A DNA stretch of 64,000 nt from an uncultured Gemmatimonadales bacterium (GCA_963798845.1 CAWCUS010000006.1:672001-736000), one strand, 5' to 3'. Positions 1-10,029 are shown, counted from the stretch's first letter. Numbers and translations: made by a program. The notes: generated from the sequence alone by a model not told the origin.

Positions 1-858
1 TACGTCCCCGCCGGCCTCACCCTGGAGGAAGCCGACGCGCTCAGGGAGGCGGATCCCGAGGAGTACCGCCGCCGCGCCATGGGCAGCATGGCCACGCATT
101 GTCGCGCGATGGTCGATATGATGGGACGCGGCTCGATCACGTTCGACTACGGCAACAACCTCCGCGGTCAGGCGAAGGATGCGGGCTACGAGGACGCCTT
201 CGCCTTTCCCGGTTTCGTGCCGGCCTATGTGCGGCCGCTGTTCTGCGAGGGCAAGGGACCGTTCAGGTGGGCGGCGCTGTCGGGCGATCCCGCCGACATA
301 TACCGGACGGACGACCTGGTCCTGGAGCTCTTCCCCGAGGACGAGCACCTGGCGCGCTGGATCCGCAAGGCCCGCGAAAGGGTCCGCTTCCAGGGGCTGC
401 CGAGTCGGATCTGCTGGCTGGGTCTCGGTGAGCGGGCCCGGTTCGGCGTCGCCATCAACGACCTCGTGGCTAGCGGAGAGCTCAAGGCACCGATCGTGAT
501 CGGGCGCGACCACCTGGACACGGGGTCCGTGGCCAGCCCGTTCCGGGAAACGGAGGCCATGAAGGACGGGACCGATGCCGTGGCCGACTGGCCGATCCTG
601 AACGCACTCCTCAACACGGCGAGTGGCGCGACCTGGGTCAGCTTCCATCACGGCGGCGGCGTCGGCATCGGCAACGCCCTGCACGCGGGCCAGGTCATCG
701 TCGCCGACGGCACCCCGGAGATGCGGATCCGGCTGGAGCGGGTGCTGACGAACGATCCCGCCATCGGCGTGGCGCGCCACGCGGACGCGGGCTATGAAGA
801 AGCCCTCGCCACGGCGCGTCGCCAGGGCGTCCGGCTCCCGATGCAGGAGCGGGCCTGA
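1..858 (+). CDS. hutU: Urocanate hydratase, C-terminal part (5'-truncated by window edge)
   Basis: Frame open from base 1; [51 protein letters not shown] motifs. Confidence 0.97.
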   Translation, partial: YVPAGLTLEEADALREADPEEYRRRAMGSMATHCRAMVDMMGRGSITFDYGNNLRGQAKDAGYEDAFAFPGFVPAYVRPLFCEGKGPFRWAALSGDPADIYRTDDLVLELFPEDEHLARWIRKARERVRFQGLPSRICWLGLGERARFGVAINDLVASGELKAPIVIGRDHLDTGSVASPFRETEAMKDGTDAVADWPILNALLNTASGATWVSFHHGGGVGIGNALHAGQVIVADGTPEMRIRLERVLTNDPAIGVARHADAGYEEALATARRQGVRLPMQERA

Positions 859-952
859 CGGCGTGACCACCTGGAAGTGACCGGGTCTGTGGCCGACCGC
901 CTGGGGCGGCGCCGGCGCGACCGGAACTCGAGAACGGACGAAGAGGAATCGC

Positions 953-1618
953 ATGCGGAACGACGGATACGAACAGGACCTGCTGGTCCGGCTGCAGCAG
1001 CCGGGTGAGCCCGAGACGCAGCCGCCCGACGAGGAGGGAGAGGAGGAAAGTCGGCGTCCGACGGCGAGCCGCTGGACGGACAGCATCCGGAACAGGCTGT
1101 TTCGCGCCCGCACGCTGATCATCAGCGGAGAAGTGACGCAGAAGCTGGCCGCGGAGGTGATGGGCCAGCTCCTGGCCCTGGACGCGGACTCGGAAGAGCC
1201 GATCACGGTGTTCATCAACTCGCAGGGCGGGCACGTGGAATCCGGCGACACGATCCACGACGTGATCCGCTTCATCCGCTCCCCGGTGCGCATGGTCGGG
1301 ACCGGGTGGGTGGCGAGCGCGGGCGCGCTCATCTTCGTGGCCGTCGCCAGGGAGCGGCGATTCTCGCTGCCGAACACGCGATTCCTCCTGCACCAGCCAG
1401 CGGGTGGCGCTCGCGGCACCGCGGCGGACGTGGAGATCGAGGCGAAGGAGATCCTGAAGATGCGAGAGCGTCTCAATCGCGTCTTCGCCGAGCAGACCGG
1501 GCAGCCGCTGGAACGGATCGTGGACGACACCCACCGCAACTTCTGGCTGAGCGCCGATGAGGCGGTGGAGTACGGTCTCGTTGGCAAGGTCATCGATCAC
1601 ATCAGCGAGATCGAGTAG
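953..1618 (+). CDS. clpP: ATP-dependent Clp protease proteolytic subunit
   Basis: FINSQGG, VASAG (Ser), FLLHQP (His); triad Asp position reads Asn (THRNFWLS). Confidence 0.93.
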   Translation: MRNDGYEQDLLVRLQQPGEPETQPPDEEGEEESRRPTASRWTDSIRNRLFRARTLIISGEVTQKLAAEVMGQLLALDADSEEPITVFINSQGGHVESGDTIHDVIRFIRSPVRMVGTGWVASAGALIFVAVARERRFSLPNTRFLLHQPAGGARGTAADVEIEAKEILKMRERLNRVFAEQTGQPLERIVDDTHRNFWLSADEAVEYGLVGKVIDHISEIE

Positions 1619-1753
1619 CGGCGGGGCCGAAACCCTGCCGCCTCACCGCCGCGTAGTGCACCGGGTGGGCGGATGCGACACAACCTTCCGGGCCGTCAAG
1701 CTATCGAAGCGTCCGGACGCCCGTACCTGTGCCCCGAACGTGGAGTGAGACCA

Positions 1754-2809
1754 ATGACAGGGAGTCGAACGCTTCTCGCGCTGGCGCCCGTGATCGTCCT
1801 CGCCTTCGCTGTCCCCGCGCGGACCGTGGGGCAGGAGCGTTACGAGGTGAGCGGAGCCCACGTCGCGATCTTCAATCTCGCCGGCGAGGTCCAGGTCGGG
1901 AGCACCGCGGGGTCGGCGGTGAGCGTCAATGTGACGCGCGGTGGAGGTGACGCGGGTCGGCTCGAGATCCAGACCGGCGAAGTGGGGGGGCGCGCGACGC
2001 TGCGCGTTCACTATCCGTCCGACCGCATCCACTACGATCCGCAGGGCTGGAACGGAAATACCACGCTTCGAGTGCGTTCCGATGGGACCTGGGGCGAGCA
2101 TGAGACGCGGGGTGGTGACCGGGTTCGGATCTCCAGCCGTGGCGGTGGGCTCGACGCGCACGCGGACCTCCGCATTGGCGTCCCGCGCGGGCAGCGAGTG
2201 GACATCTACCTCGCCGTGGGCCACATCACGGCCGAGAACGTCGACGGCGAGATCAGGCTGGACACGTCGGCAGGCGCCGTGGAGGCGGGTACCATGTCCG
2301 GCAGCCTCGTGATCGACACCGGGTCGGGGAGCGTCCAGGTGGACGGGATGGCCGGAAACCTCGACGTGGACACGGGGTCGGGCAGCGTGCGGGTGAGCGA
2401 AGTCACGGCGGACGCGCTCCGTATCGACACCGGCTCGGGCAGCGTCAGCGCCCGCGACGTGGCCGCCGGATCGGTCGATCTCGACACCGGCTCCGGCGGC
2501 ATCACCTTGCTCAATGCGACGGCGTCGGACGTGAGGCTCGACACCGGGAGCGGGTCCATCGAGGCCGAGCTGACCAAGGACGTGGACCGGCTGGTGGTGG
2601 ACACGGGGTCGGGCGGCGTGACGCTGCGGCTGGCTGAGGAGCTCGGGGCGCGGCTCCACGTGGAGACGGGGAGCGGAGGGATCGACGTCGACTTCCCCCT
2701 GACGGTCACGCACCGGGCGAGGGATGAGCTGGACGGCACCATCGGCGACGGCAACGGCTCGATCGACATCGACACCGGGTCGGGATCGGTGCGGATCCGC
2801 CGGCTGTGA
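1754..2809 (+). CDS. Secreted DUF4097/adhesin-like beta-strand repeat protein
   Basis: Signal peptide followed by repeated (V/I)DTGSGS(V/I) units; GGAG upstream of ATG 1754. Confidence 0.8.
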   Translation: MTGSRTLLALAPVIVLAFAVPARTVGQERYEVSGAHVAIFNLAGEVQVGSTAGSAVSVNVTRGGGDAGRLEIQTGEVGGRATLRVHYPSDRIHYDPQGWNGNTTLRVRSDGTWGEHETRGGDRVRISSRGGGLDAHADLRIGVPRGQRVDIYLAVGHITAENVDGEIRLDTSAGAVEAGTMSGSLVIDTGSGSVQVDGMAGNLDVDTGSGSVRVSEVTADALRIDTGSGSVSARDVAAGSVDLDTGSGGITLLNATASDVRLDTGSGSIEAELTKDVDRLVVDTGSGGVTLRLAEELGARLHVETGSGGIDVDFPLTVTHRARDELDGTIGDGNGSIDIDTGSGSVRIRRL

Positions 2810-2828
2810 TGCGCCGCGGCGAAGCGCC

Positions 2829-3686
2829 GTGAGCGGGAGCCGGGCGCGGCGCCATGCACCCGTCGCCGCCTTCCTGTGCGCGGCCGCGGCGTGCGGCACG
2901 GGCCACGAGACAACGCCCTCGCCCTACGTCCTCGCGTACGCCGCGCCCCAGGAGGGCGCGCTCACGTATGCGTTCGAGGACAGCACGACATTCTCCATCG
3001 ATACGGGGGAGATGGGCGCCATGGAGCCCGTCGCGACCCTGGCGGGGACGGCCGAGCTGGTGCTCGGGGGAGACACGTCCGGCCTCATCGCGAGCCTCCG
3101 ATTCCCGCGTCTCCGGGGCAGCTTCGATAACCCCGGACAGGGGACCCGGCTGGTGACCGGGCAGGACGTACGCGGCGCGTTCCGACTCGCGGTCAGCCGG
3201 CGCGGTGGGGTGACCGTGATCGACTCTCCTTCCCTCACGGCTGCGTTCAACGACGTTTCCGGACCGGAGACTTTGCCGCGCCTGTTCTTCGTCTCCCTCC
3301 CCGGCCGACCGGTAACCCCCGGGGATCGGTGGGTGGACACGGTCGTGGTCCGGGAGGGGGCGTCCGGGACGACGTCGGAGATCCGCCGGGAGGTGGAGAC
3401 CACGTTCGTGGGGGACACGGTGGCGGGCGGCCGTCCCCTGCTGCGCCTGGGCACGCGCTCCCGGATGGAGGTGGACATCACTGGCACGTCCGGCGGTGTC
3501 GAGATCCGGGAGCGGCTGACCGGCGTGATCTCCGGCGCTGCGCTCTGGGATCGTGATAGGGCTTTGCTCGTGGAGCGGACGGAGGATGGGCACCTTCACG
3601 GGACTCTCGAGATCCGGACGCCGGGCGCCCCGCCCCTGCCCGTCACAGCGAGGGTCCATCGCCTCGTGCGGCTCCTCCCGGAGTGA
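2829..3686 (+). CDS. Hypothetical lipoprotein, beta-rich
   Basis: Lipobox-like FLCAAAAC; follows previous gene closely; start (GTG 2829) uncertain. Confidence 0.65.
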   Translation: MSGSRARRHAPVAAFLCAAAACGTGHETTPSPYVLAYAAPQEGALTYAFEDSTTFSIDTGEMGAMEPVATLAGTAELVLGGDTSGLIASLRFPRLRGSFDNPGQGTRLVTGQDVRGAFRLAVSRRGGVTVIDSPSLTAAFNDVSGPETLPRLFFVSLPGRPVTPGDRWVDTVVVREGASGTTSEIRREVETTFVGDTVAGGRPLLRLGTRSRMEVDITGTSGGVEIRERLTGVISGAALWDRDRALLVERTEDGHLHGTLEIRTPGAPPLPVTARVHRLVRLLPE

Positions 3687-3784
3687 CGTCCAGGGCGCCG
3701 CTGGCCCACTCCTCGCGTCCGGCGCATCGCCAGGCCCGCTCTCCGGCTGCGAACACGCTGCGAACACACAGGAAATCCGGGCCG

Positions 3785-3801
3785 AGAGGGGAACTCCCCA
3801 C
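3785..3801. promoter_or_regulatory. Candidate transcription-factor dyad AGAGGG-GAACT-CCCCAC
   Basis: Matches similar dyads at 15783, 20516 and 53099; intergenic, upstream of the M50 protease. Confidence 0.35.
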
Positions 3802-3872
3802 CCGTCATCGGGTAGCTCCCCGGCCGGTGAGTCGCCGCGGGAGCGGGCGCGTGCCTCGTCGAAGGAAGGCGG

Positions 3873-4724
3873 ATGGACGGCTTCAAGATCGGACGGTTGT
3901 TCGGAATCGACCTGCGCGTGCACGCGTCCTGGTTCATCATCGCCGCGCTGGTGACCTGGACGCTCTACGCCAGCGCGCTGCCGATGGATTTCCCGCGAAT
4001 GGCCGATCCCGAGCGGCTGGCCATGGCTGCCGGCATCATGCTGCTCTTCTTCGCGTCGCTGCTGGCGCACGAGATGGCGCATTCGCTGGTGGCGCTCCGG
4101 CGAGGGATCCCCGTCCGCCGAATCACGTTCTTTCTGTTCGGCGGAATGGCGCAGACGGAGCGCGACAGTCGCACGCCCGGGGAGGAGTTCCTGATCGCGA
4201 TCGCGGGGCCGGCGGCCAGCTTCGCGCTGGCCGCGGCGTTCTTCGGGAGCTGGCTGGCGGGTGCGCGCTGGGGGTGGCCGGCGCCGCTGCTGGGGGCGGC
4301 CGGCTACATGGCCGCGCTGAACCTGGTGCTCGGCACGTTCAATCTCATTCCGGGCTTCCCAATGGACGGCGGCCGAGTGTTGCGCGCGGCGATCTGGAAG
4401 GCAACGGGAAACGTGACGCTGGCCACTCGCTGGGCGTCCCGGGTAGGCGTCTGGCTGTCGATGGCGCTCGTCGCCTACGGCGTGTGGGAGGTTTTCCGGG
4501 GCCAGGTCATGAGCGGCATGTGGATGGTCCTGATCGCGCTCTTCGTTCGAAACGCCGCGAAGACAAGCTATCGCCAGCACGTGCTCGGCCGCCTCGATGA
4601 CTTCATGCGCGGAGGCGGCTCGGGCGGACTCCAGTTCCGCGTAGGGCGGCCGGACCGACCGGACATCGCGCCGGCCGGGCTGACGGGGCGGGACGTGACG
4701 GCGCTCGGCCACAACGAGGCGTGA
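3873..4724 (+). CDS. Site-2 protease, peptidase M50 family (no CBS domains)
   Basis: HEMAH zinc motif, IAIAGP, FNLIPGFPMDGGR; multiple TM helices. Confidence 0.93.
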   Translation: MDGFKIGRLFGIDLRVHASWFIIAALVTWTLYASALPMDFPRMADPERLAMAAGIMLLFFASLLAHEMAHSLVALRRGIPVRRITFFLFGGMAQTERDSRTPGEEFLIAIAGPAASFALAAAFFGSWLAGARWGWPAPLLGAAGYMAALNLVLGTFNLIPGFPMDGGRVLRAAIWKATGNVTLATRWASRVGVWLSMALVAYGVWEVFRGQVMSGMWMVLIALFVRNAAKTSYRQHVLGRLDDFMRGGGSGGLQFRVGRPDRPDIAPAGLTGRDVTALGHNEA

Positions 4725-5530
4725 TGTTCGAGATCCCGCAGGACAATCTCCCCGAAGGCTTCGCTGAGACGGTGGACCGCCCCCCTTCAAAGCCGGCAAC
4801 CCCGCGTCCTGCCGCGACCATCGTCCTCCTGCGCGACGGGGCCGAGGGCCTCGAAGCGCTCCTCCTGCAGCGCCACCGCAGCAGCAGGTTCGTGCCGGGG
4901 GCGTGGGTGTTTCCCGGCGGGCGGGTGGACCCGGCGGACAGTGGCCCTCCCCTGTACGAGCGCATCGGGGGCCTGACCACCCGGATGACGCCGGAGGCGC
5001 CGTTCTGGGTCGCCGCGCTGCGCGAAGCCTTCGAAGAGACGGGCGTGCTGCTCGCGCGACACGTCGACGGGACGTGGGCCGCGGATGCTGCCTCGGACCG
5101 TCGGGTGGAAGCGCTGCGGCACGGACTGATGGATGGCAGCACCACTCTTCTCGACGTGCTCGAAGAGCTGGATCTCGCCCTCGACGCGGCGGGCATGGTC
5201 CACATCGCGCACTGGATCACCCCCGTGGTCGAGCCACGTCGCTACGACACGCATTTCTTCGCCGCCGCCCTTCCTGACGGGAAGGAGGCGCGGCCGGATC
5301 CGCGCGAGATGACGGAAGCCGCGTGGCACACGCCGCGGCAGGCGCTCTCGCGCTTCCACGCCCGCGAGCTGCCAATGGTGTTTCCGACTGTGAAGACGCT
5401 GGAAGCGCTGACCGGCTACACGTCGGTGGAGCACGCGCTGGCCGCGCTGCGCGGCATCGAGATCCCCCGCATCCTGCCCCGGCTGGTTCGCACGGCCACG
5501 GGAGTGGGCATCGTTCTGGACCGAATCTGA
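4724..5530 (+). CDS. NUDIX hydrolase (Nudt19-like)
   Basis: PRPAAT, VFPGGRVD...ALREAFEETG, HWITP...RRYDTHFF. Confidence 0.88.
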   Translation: MFEIPQDNLPEGFAETVDRPPSKPATPRPAATIVLLRDGAEGLEALLLQRHRSSRFVPGAWVFPGGRVDPADSGPPLYERIGGLTTRMTPEAPFWVAALREAFEETGVLLARHVDGTWAADAASDRRVEALRHGLMDGSTTLLDVLEELDLALDAAGMVHIAHWITPVVEPRRYDTHFFAAALPDGKEARPDPREMTEAAWHTPRQALSRFHARELPMVFPTVKTLEALTGYTSVEHALAALRGIEIPRILPRLVRTATGVGIVLDRI

Positions 5531-5547
5531 CCGAAGCAAGGGAGCGA

Positions 5548-7008
5548 ATGTCCCGACCTATCACGCTCGGCGCGCTCAAGGACTCCGGCTACGAGGGGAA
5601 GCGCGTCAAGGACGAGATGCGCGAAAACCTGCTGCGCAAGCTGGCGGCGGGGGACCCGCTGTTCCCTGGAATCCTGGGGTACGAGGACACGGTGGAGCCG
5701 CAGATCGTCAACGCGGTCCTGGCCCGCCAGAACTTCATCCTCCTGGGGCTGCGGGGCCAGGCGAAGAGCCGGATCGTGAGGCAGCTGGCATCTCTCCTGG
5801 ACGAAGAGATACCGATCATAGCGGGGAGCGAAGTCAACGACGACCCGCTCGCGCCGGTGTCGAAGTACGGTCGCCAGATGGTGGAGCAGCACGGCGAAGA
5901 CATGCCGGTGGAGTGGATCGGTCGCGACGCCCGCTACATCGAGAAGCTGGCCACGCCCGACGTCACGATCGCTGACATCATCGGCGATCTGGACCCCATC
6001 CGTGCAGCGCGCGGAGGCCATGTGCTGGCGGACGAGCTGACGATCCACTTCGGGCTCCTGCCCCGGGCCAACCGCGGGATCTTCGCGGTGAACGAGCTGC
6101 CGGACCTGGCCGGACGCATCCAGGTGGGGCTGTTCAACATCATGCAGGAGGGGGACGTCCAGATCAAAGGATACCCCGTCCGCCTGCCCCTGGACGTGCT
6201 CCTCGTTTTCACCGCCAACCCGGAGGATTACACAGCCCGCGGCAAGATCATCACTCCGTTGAAGGACCGGATCGGTGCCGAGGTGATGACCCACTACCCC
6301 GAGGACGTGGAAGCCGGCATGGAGATCACGCGTCAGGAGGCGTGGCTCGACCGTGGTGGGAAGCCCGTGCAGGTCCCGGCGTTCGTGGCCGAGGTCGTGG
6401 AGCGGGTGGCGTTCCTGGCGCGCACGGACAAGCGCATCGACCAGCGGAGCGGCGTCAGCCAGCGCATGCCCATCACCGTCCTCGAGAACGCGGTGAGCAA
6501 CGCCGAGCTGCGGGCGGTGCTGCTGGGAGAGGACCGGGTCACGCCGCGCGTCAGCGACGTGCACGCCGCGCTTCCGGCGATCACCGGGAAGATGGAGCTG
6601 GAATACGAGGGCGAGCTGCAGGGCGCGCCGCGGATCGCGCGTGAGCTCGTCTCCCAGGCGGCGCTGGAGACCTTCGAGTCGCGGCGCCGGCTCCCGGTCG
6701 AGGAGGAGCTGGACGAGATCGTCGACCACTTCGACCGCGGGGGCGTGGTCCAGCTGGCGGACACGGCAAAGGACGACGCCCTCCTGGAAGGGTTGCGCGG
6801 CGTGCCTTCGCTCATGGACGTGGTGGACGGGCTGGAGATCGGGAGCGGCGACGGGCCCGGGCTGCGGGCGGCGGCGGCCGAGCTGGTGCTGGAAGCGCTC
6901 GTCGCGCAGAAGCGGATCAGCCGCAGCGACGCCGGACGCTACACGCGCGGGTCCCGTCGACCGAAGGGCGGCGCCGGACCGCAGTTCCCGGGCACGCTGG
7001 AGATCTGA
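5548..7008 (+). CDS. Magnesium-chelatase-like AAA+ ATPase
   Basis: Variant Walker A LLGLRGQAKS, Walker B FAVNELPDL, TANPEDYTARGKIITPLKDR. Confidence 0.85.
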   Translation: MSRPITLGALKDSGYEGKRVKDEMRENLLRKLAAGDPLFPGILGYEDTVEPQIVNAVLARQNFILLGLRGQAKSRIVRQLASLLDEEIPIIAGSEVNDDPLAPVSKYGRQMVEQHGEDMPVEWIGRDARYIEKLATPDVTIADIIGDLDPIRAARGGHVLADELTIHFGLLPRANRGIFAVNELPDLAGRIQVGLFNIMQEGDVQIKGYPVRLPLDVLLVFTANPEDYTARGKIITPLKDRIGAEVMTHYPEDVEAGMEITRQEAWLDRGGKPVQVPAFVAEVVERVAFLARTDKRIDQRSGVSQRMPITVLENAVSNAELRAVLLGEDRVTPRVSDVHAALPAITGKMELEYEGELQGAPRIARELVSQAALETFESRRRLPVEEELDEIVDHFDRGGVVQLADTAKDDALLEGLRGVPSLMDVVDGLEIGSGDGPGLRAAAAELVLEALVAQKRISRSDAGRYTRGSRRPKGGAGPQFPGTLEI

Positions 7009-7014
7009 CCGGGA

Positions 7015-7968
7015 TCAGCCGCCGAGGACGCGCTGGCGGAACGCTTCGAAGCCGTCGAGCTCGGTCAGCGCTCCGTCCACCAGCTTCGCCAGCTCCTCCG
7101 CCTGCCGCCACTCCAGCTCGAGGAGCTCACCCTCCGCTTCCTCATCGAGAGCCAACCCCAGGGCCACACGCTCGTCGGCGGCCAGCTCGCCCAGCGCCGG
7201 CGCCGCGGCGCCGAGTCCGCGCAGAAGCTCCGAGGGCGTGCCGGCAGCGTCCAGCTCTCCGGCCGCCGCTTCCAGGAGCGGATGCTGCCGGAGCTTCCGG
7301 TTCACCACCGAGAGTCCGAGTCGAAGCGCGGGCCGGGCGGCGCGGGCGGGCACCCCGACCTCGCGGCCGCACGCGCCGCACAGCGCGGTCGCGGCTGCAT
7401 CGCCGCCGTCCAGGATGATGCGGATGTGCTGGAACGACCAGGGCGCGATCCAGAGTGGCCCCCGGCATGAAGGGCAGTCCGGCGCCAGGGGAACCGTTAG
7501 GAAGGCAGCGGTGAGGATAGCAGCGTCATCGACGAACGGCGAAGCGAACCACCGCCGCTGCACAGTGCGCTCGAGCACCAGCTCGCCATACCCTCCGCCG
7601 TACCCGAACGGCGACGACGGAAGGCCTTCCAGGAGCCGGTGGAACCAGCCCCGGACACCGCGCACGCGCTGCCGCGGCATCATGTCACCGTATCGCCACA
7701 CCGCGATCTCGGGGCGGGGCGCTCGGCCGACGCGCACCAGCTCGCCCCGCGGCGAGTCGACCAGGTCCAGGTGCTCGGTCCGGATCCGGACGCGCCCCTC
7801 GCGGGCCGCGGCCTCGAGCCGCTCGAGATCCGACCAGCGTTCCTCCAGCGGCACGGGACTCCAGCGGCCGCACGAGGGACAAACGTGCCAGAGGCGCCCG
7901 AGCCACGGGTCGAAAGCCGGTCGCGCGAGCGGAGGCTGAAGCGGGTCGTCGCAGAACAGGCAGTGCAT
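7015..7968 (-). CDS. Hypothetical protein with four CxxC pairs (putative double Zn-ribbon)
   Basis: CLFC, CPSC, CPSC, CGAC; AFDPWLGRLW, PLEERW. Confidence 0.75.
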   Translation of the reverse strand: MHCLFCDDPLQPPLARPAFDPWLGRLWHVCPSCGRWSPVPLEERWSDLERLEAAAREGRVRIRTEHLDLVDSPRGELVRVGRAPRPEIAVWRYGDMMPRQRVRGVRGWFHRLLEGLPSSPFGYGGGYGELVLERTVQRRWFASPFVDDAAILTAAFLTVPLAPDCPSCRGPLWIAPWSFQHIRIILDGGDAAATALCGACGREVGVPARAARPALRLGLSVVNRKLRQHPLLEAAAGELDAAGTPSELLRGLGAAAPALGELAADERVALGLALDEEAEGELLELEWRQAEELAKLVDGALTELDGFEAFRQRVLGG

Positions 7969-8023
7969 GTGCTAACATACGCGTCGAGGATCCGGGCGCA
8001 TATCGCATTCGCAGGAGCACGAA

Positions 8024-8581
8024 ATGATGAAGACCAGCCGAATTCTGTCGCTGGGGTTCGCCGCCGCCATCGCCGCCTGCGCCGGCAACGGCCCGGCGCC
8101 CGCGTCGGTCGACGTCCGGGCACAGCCGCTGCACGTCGAGACCGGCGGAGGGCGTCCGCTCGAAATCACGCGGGAGAAGCAGGTTACCTCGGCGCTCACC
8201 GACGTTCCCATGGCCGATGCGTGGTCGCGTCTGCTGGCCATTTACCCGGGCCTCGGCATCCCGGACGCGGACCTCGCGGTCGACCCCGCGCACCACACCG
8301 TGGGGATCACGGATCGCCGCACGGGCCGGCTCGCCGGGCGCCGGATGTCGCAGTACCTGGACTGCGGCTACTCGCTGGGGACGCCCAAGGCCGACCAGGG
8401 TCAGGTATACGTGACGCTGCAGACCACGCTGCTGCCGGCGGAGGGTGGGACCACGGTTCGCACCCGCTTGCAGGCCATGGCGAAGACATCCGGCGTGAGC
8501 ACCGAACCGATCGCGTGCTCCAGCAAGGGCGAGATCGAGCGCCACATCCTGGAGCAGCTCACGGGCGCCGACACGCCCTGA
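8024..8581 (+). CDS. Hypothetical lipoprotein
   Basis: AGGAG RBS, lipobox AAIAAC, YLDCG...CSSKG cysteine pair. Confidence 0.75.
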   Translation: MMKTSRILSLGFAAAIAACAGNGPAPASVDVRAQPLHVETGGGRPLEITREKQVTSALTDVPMADAWSRLLAIYPGLGIPDADLAVDPAHHTVGITDRRTGRLAGRRMSQYLDCGYSLGTPKADQGQVYVTLQTTLLPAEGGTTVRTRLQAMAKTSGVSTEPIACSSKGEIERHILEQLTGADTP

Positions 8582-8644
8582 CCCCGCCGGCGAGCCCGGG
8601 ACCGCCTTGCTGCGGCCCCGGCGGTGCGGACATCTTGCGAAACG

Positions 8645-9298
8645 ATGCGTGAGAACCAGGCGGACCGGCCTGTCCTGATCGGGGTGGCCGGCGGGAGCGG
8701 CTCGGGAAAGACCACCGTGGTCCGGCGGATCGTGGAGGCGATCGGGCCGGCGGACGCCGCCGTGCTCCACCACGACTCCTACTACCGGGATGCTTCGCAC
8801 CTCCCGTTCGAGGAGCGGGCCACGATCAACTACGATCACCCGGAGTCACTGGAGACCGCGCTCCTGATCGAACACCTGCGCTCCCTGATGGACGGGGAGT
8901 CGGTAGAGGTCCCCATCTACGATTTCGCCCGGCACGTTCGCCGTCCGGAGACGCAGCACCTCGATCCCCGCCCCGTCCTCATTCTCGACGGCATCCTCAT
9001 CCTGTGGGATCGGCGCCTGCGCGACCTCATGGACGTGAAGCTGTTCGTGGACGCCGACGCCGACGTCCGGCTCGGCCGCCGCCTCCGGCGCGACATGGAA
9101 GAGCGGGCGCGCTCAGCCGAGTCCGTGCTGACGCAGTACATGAAGACGGTGCGACCCATGCACCTCGAGTTCGTCGAGCCCAGCAAGCGCTACGCGGACG
9201 TGATCATCCCTCGCGGTGGTCACAATCGGGTGGGGGTGGACGTCGTCATCGCCACCGTCAAAGCCAGGTTAGAGCGGGGCGCGACCTCCACCTACTGA
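8645..9298 (+). CDS. udk: Uridine kinase
   Basis: IGVAGGSGSGKTT, HDSYY, NYDHP, RRLRRD, FVEPSKRYADVIIP. Confidence 0.95.
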   Translation: MRENQADRPVLIGVAGGSGSGKTTVVRRIVEAIGPADAAVLHHDSYYRDASHLPFEERATINYDHPESLETALLIEHLRSLMDGESVEVPIYDFARHVRRPETQHLDPRPVLILDGILILWDRRLRDLMDVKLFVDADADVRLGRRLRRDMEERARSAESVLTQYMKTVRPMHLEFVEPSKRYADVIIPRGGHNRVGVDVVIATVKARLERGATSTY

Positions 9299-9340
9299 GA
9301 GGGAGGCGGGCGCCCTTCGCCGCCCGCACCCGCCAGATGA

Positions 9341-9376
9341 AAGGGCTCCCCGCCGCGGCCGCGGCGGGGAGCCCTT
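9341..9376. terminator. Perfect 36-bp palindrome, likely bidirectional terminator
   Basis: AAGGGCTCCCCGCCGCGG|CCGCGGCGGGGAGCCCTT between convergent udk and Hsp20 genes. Confidence 0.75.
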
Positions 9377-9397
9377 CGACAGCTCGGAACCAGACCC

Positions 9398-9853
9398 TCA
9401 ACTCACGTCCCGTCCCCCATCGCTGATCTGGATCTTACGACCCTTCGCCTCCTCGGCCTTCGGGACCTCGATCGTCAGCACCCCATGCTCGAAGGACGCC
9501 GTGATGCCGTTCGCGTCCACCGCACGCGGAAGCGTGAACCGACGCGCGAACGTCCCCCAGCGCCGCTCGTAGAGAAGCATCTCCGCGTTCTCGTCGCGCT
9601 GCTCCTCCTTCTTCTCGCCCTGGATCGTGAGGACCCCGTCCTCCAGCTCGATATCGATGTGATCCCGGCTCACCCCGGGAAGCTCCGCCCGGAACCGCAG
9701 ATGGTCGGGCGTCTCCTCCACGTCCACCGCCGGCGCCCACAGGTCGCTCGACGTCCCGAACGCGCCACCCAGCAGGCTGTCCATCTCCCGCGCAAGCTGG
9801 TTCATGTCCCCCCAGGGCGAGCGCGACCGCCGGACCACCGGAACTCGTACCAT
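9398..9853 (-). CDS. Small heat-shock protein, Hsp20/alpha-crystallin family
   Basis: WAPAVDVEET, AELPGV, ERRWGTFARRFTLP, ASFEHGVLTIEVPK; GGAGG RBS before ATG 9853. Confidence 0.95.
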   Translation of the reverse strand: MVRVPVVRRSRSPWGDMNQLAREMDSLLGGAFGTSSDLWAPAVDVEETPDHLRFRAELPGVSRDHIDIELEDGVLTIQGEKKEEQRDENAEMLLYERRWGTFARRFTLPRAVDANGITASFEHGVLTIEVPKAEEAKGRKIQISDGGRDVS

Positions 9854-9933
9854 CGTTGCCTCCACTTTGCTGTGTCGTTCTCTCGCAGCTCGCGACCGGC
9901 TCGCTGCCGGCGCGTGACTGGCCGAACAGGTAG

Positions 9934-9948
9934 GCAGCCCGCGTACCA
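9934..9948 (-). promoter_or_regulatory. Candidate sigma54 (-24/-12) promoter for the Hsp20 gene
   Basis: Minus strand TGGTACGCGGGCTGC with correct GG-N10-GC spacing. Confidence 0.4.
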
Positions 9949-10029
9949 GGTTGGTCCGCCACTTTGGCAGCCGACGGGAGCGGATGCCGCGCAGCTTCGG
10001 CGGGCTGCTGCCGTTCCGGCTCCGGACAG

